Sequence record: OR472545.1
Direction: 5' to 3' (one strand)
Source of the DNA: Escherichia phage vB_EcoM_50EP
DNA: 50,636 bases
In this document: positions 44,333 through 50,636 of the stretch, in pieces
Layout: each line of letters opens with the position of its first letter
Numbering within the stretch: the first letter of the stretch is position 1
The notes under the pieces: generated by a model
The model's input: only the letters and a program-made list of their open reading frames with translations
Databases searched by the model: none
Told to the model about the DNA's origin: nothing
Translations under genes and position numbers: made by a program

Positions 44333-44545
44333 ATGAAAATTGAAATTATCGACGTAGATTACCAGGTAGATACGGAAGTTCTCACACTGCGTGACTGTGG
44401 TTTCCAGGTTGGAGATGTAGTCGAGGTCTCTGGTTATTACCTTGATGGAGACCTTTCAATTCAGGCAATCCGTGAGACTGAGTTAGTGAATGTCGGCAAT
44501 GAAATCAGTATTAGCGAGCATGAATATAAGGTGATCGAAGAATGA
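44333..44545 (+). CDS. small acidic protein
   Basis: 70 aa, about 27% Asp+Glu. Confidence 0.35.
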   Translation: MKIEIIDVDYQVDTEVLTLRDCGFQVGDVVEVSGYYLDGDLSIQAIRETELVNVGNEISISEHEYKVIEE

Positions 44546-44736
44546 GCAAGGTGAAGATTAAGAGTGATGGAGCCGATCTTTATCTGCTCACCTCGCGAGC
44601 AAAGTATTACGGCGTGAAAGATGGTGATGAGCTTGACGTTATCACCGGATCTGTTGGTGGCACTATCACCGTTAGCAAGAAAGGCGGGTATCAGTTTATC
44701 TTACTGCCTGGCGAATACGAAGAGGTTAAACAATGA
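44542..44736 (+). CDS. hypothetical protein
   Basis: 64-aa ORF, ATGA-coupled. Confidence 0.35.
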   Translation: MSKVKIKSDGADLYLLTSRAKYYGVKDGDELDVITGSVGGTITVSKKGGYQFILLPGEYEEVKQ

Positions 44737-45059
44737 TTTACATTCACACTTACGGAGTCGGCAAATTTGGCAAAGAGATTCGCCGGACCGTTCACGAAAC
44801 GAAGGAATCAGCCGAAGCGGCACAGAAAGTTCTCGGCGGTGAGTTCAAGGCTTACCGCGAAGCGGAGGACTCGGTTGAATGCTGGCAGGTTGAGCACATG
44901 CGTAACGTTCTGGAAAGTGAGGTGTCAGAACTTATCGACAACATGACATGTCACGGCCCTGGCGGACCATGGGAAGAACCAGGCTCACCGGAATGGGATT
45001 GCGCCAAGGTTGACACAATGAACAAGATCAGCGAAATCATTGATGAGGTGCACGAATAA
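44733..45059 (+). CDS. hypothetical protein
   Basis: 108-aa ORF, ATGA-coupled. Confidence 0.4.
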   Translation: MIYIHTYGVGKFGKEIRRTVHETKESAEAAQKVLGGEFKAYREAEDSVECWQVEHMRNVLESEVSELIDNMTCHGPGGPWEEPGSPEWDCAKVDTMNKISEIIDEVHE

Positions 45060-45298
45060 TGTTTGGATTAACTGATCCGCAAATGAACGCAGTAAAGGCA
45101 AAGGCCAAGCAATTAAACGCAGCGTATGCCGATCTGAGCAAGAAAGATCGCAAAGATGATAAGCTGGTCGCATCAATTATTACCAAGCACCATGAGGCCG
45201 TGGCGACCATTATATCGCGTGACAAATTTGTGTGGATTGCTGGTTATCTTAAGGGGCTGGTTGGAAAACGTGAAAACGGAGATAGCATCTATGAGTAA
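45059..45298 (+). CDS. hypothetical protein
   Basis: 79-aa ORF. Confidence 0.35.
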   Translation: MFGLTDPQMNAVKAKAKQLNAAYADLSKKDRKDDKLVASIITKHHEAVATIISRDKFVWIAGYLKGLVGKRENGDSIYE

Positions 45299-45485
45299 GA
45301 TCAAGAAGGGTGACGTGATCAAGTGTATCGGCGCGCGCGGTTATGAGTTCTTTACTGGCTGCGAGTACACAGTGGAAAAAGTTGATTCCCAGGGATACGT
45401 TTACGTCTACAGTGACGAGGGGAACAAGGTCGCGATCGACTACCCTGTTTGCCCGACGTATGGAACTTTTAAAAAAGTTGATTGA
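45291..45485 (+). CDS. hypothetical protein
   Basis: ATG 45291 overlapping upstream stop; track N-terminal extension rejected. Confidence 0.3.
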   Translation: MSKIKKGDVIKCIGARGYEFFTGCEYTVEKVDSQGYVYVYSDEGNKVAIDYPVCPTYGTFKKVD

Positions 45486-45669
45486 CAGCCATCTCACTGA
45501 CTGGTATCTTTAATCTCGTAAACAGACGAGGCCACCAAGTGGTAACGAGCGGTTCGTAAGCCGCAAATTGAAATAGCGCATCGCCAAAAGCAAAGTGTAA
45601 GTCGCAAAAAATCGGGGCATTGTGAAAGCCCGCCGGACTCCGTAACCGGACCTAACAATGAGGTTTGAT

Positions 45670-45855
45670 ATGTTTGAGGTCAAGCTAACTATTTTGCTAA
45701 TGGGGCGCACATGCGCATCTTGTAAGCAAAACTTTGAAGCAAAGGTTGAGGCCAGTAGCGCCGAAGAGGCCGTTTCAAAGGTGAAGGAAATGATCGGAGT
45801 CGATACAACGACTCATAAATTTTTAGTTAATTATGTAAGGGGTATTTCATGCTGA
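45670..45855 (+). CDS. hypothetical Cys-containing small protein
   Basis: ATG 45670 preceded by GAGG. Confidence 0.3.
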   Translation: MFEVKLTILLMGRTCASCKQNFEAKVEASSAEEAVSKVKEMIGVDTTTHKFLVNYVRGISC

Positions 45856-46070
45856 CGTTTATTTATGGTTTTATTTTCGCTTCCGTCCTGATCATCTCGT
45901 TATCTTGCGCCTGGATTGCCAAGCTAATCAAGCGCGGGCAATTCGCTCAAGCGCGATACGATGAGAAGAAAAAGCAGTGGCGAGTATCCGGCAAGTTTAT
46001 CTCTGTGTTTAACGAGATTAACGACATTCGATCGGGGCGGAAGCCTGGGGCCATCAAATACGTTGACTGA
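45849..46070 (+). CDS. small membrane protein
   Basis: N-terminal TMD then basic tail. Confidence 0.35.
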   Translation: MLTFIYGFIFASVLIISLSCAWIAKLIKRGQFAQARYDEKKKQWRVSGKFISVFNEINDIRSGRKPGAIKYVD

Positions 46071-46077
46071 TTCATTT

Positions 46078-46103
46078 AAGCATCCTTCGGGGTGCTTTTT
46101 TTA
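46078..46103 (+). terminator. rho-independent terminator
   Basis: AAGCATCC-TTCG-GGGTGCTT + T7. Confidence 0.6.
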
Positions 46104-46109
46104 TGCCTG

Positions 46110-46125
46110 CAATCTGGTATAATTC
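46110..46125 (+). promoter_or_regulatory. extended -10 promoter (TGGTATAAT) for packaging genes
   Basis: CAATCTGGTATAATTC upstream of terminase small subunit. Confidence 0.35.
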
Positions 46126-46152
46126 ATTCCTATTCAACAAGGGGAAACAACT

Positions 46153-46689
46153 ATGAAAGACGAAAACTTCACCAGTCACGCGAACGAGAAGGTTCGAATC
46201 GGTAACTTCAAAGAGCTATACAATAAAAAGTATGGCGACATTGCCAACCTGAACCATCGTCACCCAATGACGCCTGAGACTGTATTCAACCTTGCGGTTA
46301 AATATTTCTCATGGGCCGAGGATCAGGCAATTAAGGCAATCGAAACGGCGAGCTTCCAGGGCGTTGTCACTGAGAACCTAGTGCACAAGCCGCGAGTGTT
46401 CACGCTCAACGGCTTCCAGCTTTATTGCGGCGTTACCTCCGGTGCGATCCAAAGCTGGCGCGCGTCGCCTGGATTCTCTGAGGTAATGGAGTTCATCGAC
46501 TCAGTAATTATTGAACAGAAATATCAGTTAGCTGCGTCCAACCTTATCAACGCAGGATTCGTAGGCAAAGACATTGGTATCGACAAGGCGGCAGAAGTGA
46601 ACGTGCAGAACAACGTATCTGCTGGCGCGGTGTCCGTGACTACTGATGAATTTAAAGAAGCCGTTAAGGATATTTTGGGGGAATTATGA
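46153..46689 (+). CDS. terminase small subunit
   Basis: 178-aa ORF immediately upstream of and overlapping the large terminase. Confidence 0.55.
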   Translation: MKDENFTSHANEKVRIGNFKELYNKKYGDIANLNHRHPMTPETVFNLAVKYFSWAEDQAIKAIETASFQGVVTENLVHKPRVFTLNGFQLYCGVTSGAIQSWRASPGFSEVMEFIDSVIIEQKYQLAASNLINAGFVGKDIGIDKAAEVNVQNNVSAGAVSVTTDEFKEAVKDILGEL

Positions 46690-48272
46690 TCCAGTGGGAA
46701 GATCTCGACCTTGCAAGAAAGCAGGCAATAAAGGCGCTCTCTGAGCAGTCATTCGAAAAGATGTTACGAATCTGGTTCCAGATCGGGCAGGCTCAGAAGT
46801 TCCAAAGCAACTGGCACTTCACTTACCTTTGCTGGAAGGTTGAGCAGATCATCAAAGGCGAGGCTCAGAACGTGATATTCAACATCACGCCAGGTTCCGG
46901 CAAAACTGAGATCTTCTCCATCCACATGCCAGTGTACGGGATGTTAAAGAGTCCGAAGGTTCGAAATTTGAACCTTTCGTTCTCTGACAGTCTGGTGAAG
47001 GATAACGGGATCAGGACGCGTGAGATTATCGGTTGCGATGAGTTCCAGGAGCTATGGCCTACCAAACTGGCTAAGGCGTCCGGTGGCGATATTACCGCAC
47101 TGAACGATAACGATAAGGCGTGGCTGACGTTAACATCACGTGCGATCGGCGGCCAGGTAACTGGTAAGCGTGGCGGGTACATGGAAGACCCCAGTAAACC
47201 CTGGAGCTTTACCGGAATGTTAACGCTTGATGACCCCGACAAACCGAAAGACATGTATTCGTCCGTTAAGCGCAAGGCGGCTCATACACTGCTAAAAAAC
47301 ACCGTGCGATCACGTCGTATGACTGACAGGACGCCATGCGTTGTTGTGCAGCAGCGACTGCACGTTAACGACTCGACGTGGTTCCTGATGAATGGCGGTA
47401 TGGGTGGCATGAAGTTTGAGCAGGTAATCATTCCGGCGCTGGTAACTGAGGAATACAGAGACACGCTTCCTGACTGGTTGAAAGAGGAATTTGATAAAGA
47501 CGTGCTATCGTCCCCGTCGGTAATGATTGACGGTGTTGAGCACTTCTCTTTCTGGCCTGCGAAGGAAAGCGCAGAAAGCCTACTGGCGTTGCGCGAAGCT
47601 GACCTGTACACCTTCGAGTCTCAGTATCAGCAGAAGCCCATTGCGCTTGGTGGCAATGCGTTTAAGTCGGACTGGTTCCAGTATTACGGCGACGGCGAGA
47701 AAGCCAATATGCCAAAACCGGATCGCTTCGAATACCTTTTTACCACTGCGGATACTGCGCAGAAGGCCGAGGAAATTCACGACTACAGCGTCTTTGTTTT
47801 GTGGGGCAAGTATAAGGATCGCGTATATTTCATCGACGGCATTCGCGGTAAGTGGGAAGCGCCGGACCTTGAGACGATGGCCCTTAACTTTTATGGCAAC
47901 TGCTTTAAGTGGGCGAAGGAGAACAAGACGTCATTACGCAAGGTTTACATTGAAGACAAGGCGAGCGGTACGGGCCTGATCCAGTCAATTAACAAGAAGC
48001 TCCCGATTGACATCACGCCAGTGCAGCGAGATACCGACAAGGTTACGCGTGCAATGGACGCAGCGCCAATCATGAAAGCAGGGCGAATCGTTTTTCCTGA
48101 ATCTCACCCAATGCTTACTGAAATGGAAGCGGAACTGGTAGGCTTCACCTTTGATGATAGCCATCCTCACGATGATATAGTGGATAACGTGGTTGATGCT
48201 GGAAACTTCGAAATGAACTTGCTTGATGATCCGGTAGCACGAATGAAACGATTAGCGGGAATGCGCAAATAA
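46686..48272 (+). CDS. terminase large subunit
   Basis: 528 aa; P-loop-like GSGKTE and C-terminal acidic nuclease-like region; followed by portal. Confidence 0.7.
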   Translation: MIQWEDLDLARKQAIKALSEQSFEKMLRIWFQIGQAQKFQSNWHFTYLCWKVEQIIKGEAQNVIFNITPGSGKTEIFSIHMPVYGMLKSPKVRNLNLSFSDSLVKDNGIRTREIIGCDEFQELWPTKLAKASGGDITALNDNDKAWLTLTSRAIGGQVTGKRGGYMEDPSKPWSFTGMLTLDDPDKPKDMYSSVKRKAAHTLLKNTVRSRRMTDRTPCVVVQQRLHVNDSTWFLMNGGMGGMKFEQVIIPALVTEEYRDTLPDWLKEEFDKDVLSSPSVMIDGVEHFSFWPAKESAESLLALREADLYTFESQYQQKPIALGGNAFKSDWFQYYGDGEKANMPKPDRFEYLFTTADTAQKAEEIHDYSVFVLWGKYKDRVYFIDGIRGKWEAPDLETMALNFYGNCFKWAKENKTSLRKVYIEDKASGTGLIQSINKKLPIDITPVQRDTDKVTRAMDAAPIMKAGRIVFPESHPMLTEMEAELVGFTFDDSHPHDDIVDNVVDAGNFEMNLLDDPVARMKRLAGMRK

Positions 48273-48280
48273 TGTATAAT

Positions 48281-48307
48281 GGCTAGGCTAACAACCTAGC
48301 CTTTTTT
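48281..48307 (+). terminator. rho-independent terminator
   Basis: GCTAGG-CTAACAA-CCTAGC + T6. Confidence 0.55.
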
Positions 48308-48323
48308 ATTGGGAGAAAAACAG

Positions 48324-49586
48324 ATGAGTAAAAAAAGCGTTAAGACCGACTCTTACAACAAGACGTTTAAGGGTGAAGGTACGGCAGGCGGCGCGCTTGC
48401 ATCGCTATACGATCAGATGTATGTGACGCAGTTTTACATTGATGATCCTATGGCTAAGAAAATTGTCGATGTTATTCCAGAGGAAATGGTTTTCCCTGGA
48501 TTCGGCCTGGACGGGGTGAAGGATGAGAAGGCGTTCAAATCTTTGTGGGATGGCATGAAGCTGAACAAGCAGATTGTCGAGGCGTTCTCATGGGAGCGGC
48601 TTTATGGTGGTTCCGCTATCGTTGCCGTCGTCCGTGACAACCGACTCCTGACATCACCAATCAAGGAAGGTGCGCAGCTTGAATCAATCCGAGTGTACGA
48701 GAAAGAGCAGATCCGCATCAAGGACCGCGAGAAGAACGCACGCAACCCTCGCTATGGTATGCCGAAGATTTACACCATTAACCCTGGCGGCAGCGTACCG
48801 GAATACGACGTACACTACACGCGAATCTATGTTAACGGCGGCGAGCGCGTACCTAACTCACTTCGCGCGCAGAATAACGATTGGGGCGCATCGGTGCTGA
48901 GTAAGGGCTTGATTGACGCCATCCTGGACTACAACTACTGTGAAGAACTGGCGACTCAGCTATTGCGCCGTAAGCAGCAAGGCGTATGGAAAGCAAAAGG
49001 ACTGGCTGATTTGTGCGACGATGACGAAGGGCGTTACGCGGCTCGACTGCGATTAGCTCAGGTTGATGACAATAGCGGCGTAGGCCGGACGATTGGCATT
49101 GATGCCACCGACGAAGAATACGACGTCCTTAACTCAGACATTGGCGGCGTTGATGCTTTCCTTGATAAGAAGATGGACCGCATCGTCAACTACTCGCAGA
49201 TTCATGAGATTATCCTCAAGAATAAGAACGTAGGCGGCGTGTCAGCGAGCCAGAACACAGCGCTTGAGACTTTCTATAAGATGATTGATCGCAAGCGTAA
49301 CGAGTATTACAGGCCTCTTCTGGAGTGGCTGGTTCCTATGATTATTCAGGAAGATGAATGGTCAATCCGCTTTGAGCCGTTATCAATGCCAAGCGAGAAA
49401 GAGCAGTCCGAGACGTTGAAGAATAACGTTGAGTCAATCTCAAAGCTGGTGGCGGATCAGGTCATTGACCGAGACGAAGCGCGTGATACACTTGAGGCGA
49501 TCGCAGACTTTATCAAGATTCAAGGCCCAGCGCCGGAGCTTGAAGAAATCGAACCAACTAACCCGCAGGTGAACAACGAGGAATAA
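48324..49586 (+). CDS. portal protein
   Basis: about 420 aa directly after terminase; track TTG start at 48309 replaced by ATG 48324 with RBS GGAGAAAAA. Confidence 0.6.
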   Translation: MSKKSVKTDSYNKTFKGEGTAGGALASLYDQMYVTQFYIDDPMAKKIVDVIPEEMVFPGFGLDGVKDEKAFKSLWDGMKLNKQIVEAFSWERLYGGSAIVAVVRDNRLLTSPIKEGAQLESIRVYEKEQIRIKDREKNARNPRYGMPKIYTINPGGSVPEYDVHYTRIYVNGGERVPNSLRAQNNDWGASVLSKGLIDAILDYNYCEELATQLLRRKQQGVWKAKGLADLCDDDEGRYAARLRLAQVDDNSGVGRTIGIDATDEEYDVLNSDIGGVDAFLDKKMDRIVNYSQIHEIILKNKNVGGVSASQNTALETFYKMIDRKRNEYYRPLLEWLVPMIIQEDEWSIRFEPLSMPSEKEQSETLKNNVESISKLVADQVIDRDEARDTLEAIADFIKIQGPAPELEEIEPTNPQVNNEE

Positions 49587-49588
49587 TC

Positions 49589-50368
49589 ATGAAGGTTAAC
49601 GGCATTGTAAATCAATGGAGTTACCCCGAAGCAAGCGAGCGGCAGCTTAGCCGCTCATTGTCAACCTTAGCAGGCGAGATGGCAAAGAAGGCCAGATCGC
49701 TTACTGGCGGGATGAGGTTCGACGCTTCGGACGAAGAAATCAATGACGCAGAAAGTGAGCTTGAGGAATACGCTGCCGTACTGATCGCGGCGATTGTTGC
49801 TACACTTCCTGCGATGGCCCTAACTATCTATAAGTTCAACTCAAAGCAATTTCTCAACGTGGCAAAGAAAGCAGGTGGCGGAAAGAATCAATCTGTAATA
49901 TTGCTTGGTGCGCTTGGGGCAAACGCCAATGAGTCGTGGTATAGAGAGAAGTCATCTCAATGGCGAGGTTCTGCTGAGGCGAGTATTCTAAAGTTAGCGA
50001 GAGACATCATCTCTGACTGGTCGCAAAACCTCCGAGTGGAAAACGTGCGCAATAAAACCAGTCAGCAGATTGATGAAGTTTTAAAGCAGCGCTACAAGGT
50101 GTATACTGGCTGGACCGTGAATCGCTCACGTGGAATCGTGTCCACATGGAACAGCGTACTGATGCGCCAGCGACTTGATGATGCTGGAGTAACTCACTAT
50201 TTCTGGCATGGTAAACTGGACGAGCGCGAGCGATTGCAGCACGTAAAATGGGAAGGTAAACGCATTGAGATCTCAGATGACCATCCGTTCCCTGGAGAGC
50301 CTTACGGTTGCAGATGCTGGGCCGTACCTGATTTCTCAACCAGCAAACAATCACAATTAATCACATAA
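49589..50368 (+). CDS. head morphogenesis protein (Mu F / SPP1 gp7-like)
   Basis: 259 aa after portal; C-terminal GEPYGCRCWAVPDF-type motif. Confidence 0.5.
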   Translation: MKVNGIVNQWSYPEASERQLSRSLSTLAGEMAKKARSLTGGMRFDASDEEINDAESELEEYAAVLIAAIVATLPAMALTIYKFNSKQFLNVAKKAGGGKNQSVILLGALGANANESWYREKSSQWRGSAEASILKLARDIISDWSQNLRVENVRNKTSQQIDEVLKQRYKVYTGWTVNRSRGIVSTWNSVLMRQRLDDAGVTHYFWHGKLDERERLQHVKWEGKRIEISDDHPFPGEPYGCRCWAVPDFSTSKQSQLIT

Positions 50369-50377
50369 GGGTAATAT

Positions 50378-50636
50378 ATGACCACTAAGCAACGATACGA
50401 TAGCGTGCAACTGAAAGCACGCTTTGACTCTAACGGATTCATGCATGATGAGCCAATCATTGCACGAATCGGTATTCAGGAATATATGCGTGCCGATGGA
50501 ACAATGCAGCGTGAGTTCCGACCAGCAAACGAAGTGTTCAAGGCCGAGGCGATGGAACTGTTTCGCGGTATGCCGATCGTAGAGGGCCACCAGGAAGTAA
50601 GCACAAGCAACGCGCGAAAGATTGTTGTCGGCTCAC
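50378..50636 (+). CDS. prohead protease/scaffolding protein, N-terminal part (continues at 1..872 across the window junction)
   Basis: ORF runs off the window end; phase matches open frame at positions 3..872. Confidence 0.45.
   Translation, partial: MTTKQRYDSVQLKARFDSNGFMHDEPIIARIGIQEYMRADGTMQREFRPANEVFKAEAMELFRGMPIVEGHQEVSTSNARKIVVGS

Noticed and set aside
45520-45600. Possible tRNA suggested by a GGTTCG T-loop-like motif
   Set aside because: No acceptor stem, anticodon arm or proper 5-bp T-stem could be folded around it by eye; not called.
66-50590. Numerous antisense or alternate-frame track ORFs inside larger genes (e.g. 66..299, 365..547, 6568..7044, 10849..11281, 12350..13957, 19185..19529, 31271..31909, 47282..47979)
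   Set aside because: They lie wholly within confidently assigned genes on the other strand or frame, lack RBS context and have atypical composition; treated as shadow ORFs.
1-50636. Lysogeny module (integrase, CI-like repressor, attP)
   Set aside because: No large ORF shows tyrosine or serine recombinase motifs and no repressor/Cro pair was recognised; the genome looks virulent, but absence cannot be proven without profile searches.
1-50636. Phage-encoded RNA polymerase as the reader of the repeated promoter-like cassettes (T7 or N4 style)
   Set aside because: No ORF of suitable size or motif content for a single-subunit RNA polymerase is present; cassettes are therefore interpreted as host-polymerase promoters with a phage-encoded factor.

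Overview
The window reads as an essentially complete, circularly permuted genome (about 50.6 kb) of a T1-like (Drexlerviridae-like) virulent siphophage; the cut point falls inside the prohead protease/scaffold gene, whose reading frame continues from the window end into the window start. Gene order is: head and lambda-like tail morphogenesis genes (1-14.9 kb, including tape measure, gpM/L/K/I-like proteins and a 1127-aa J-like central fibre), a Cor-like lipoprotein, a recombination module (PD-(D/E)XK exonuclease, ERF, SSB), a minus-strand side tail fibre, primase, HTH protein, SF2 helicase, VRR-NUC, Dam methylase, an HTH-metallophosphoesterase, a lysis cassette (pinholin-like holin, SAR endolysin, unimolecular spanin), a minus-strand accessory block (30.3-35.5 kb), an early region of about 30 small ORFs (36.2-46.1 kb), then terminase small/large, portal and head morphogenesis genes. 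No integrase, repressor or phage RNA polymerase was recognised. The most striking feature is non-coding: about 21 copies of an 18-bp box TAGCAC(GAA/TTT)TTG(C/T)TAAA, most lying exactly 22 bp upstream of a TATA(A/G)T hexamer that sits in a hairpin and is followed by a conserved CATCGAAACGAA leader, forming repeated promoter-like cassettes in front of small genes and operons. Other leads are two homologous AT-rich divergent control regions with iteron-like repeats, a P-loop ATPase with an internally deleted mini-paralog, a small protein ending in an SSB-like FDDGIPF tail, a tandem small-protein paralog family, two HNH endonucleases and a G/GT-type -1 frameshift site. All functional calls rest on motifs read by eye from the translations; no database search was run.
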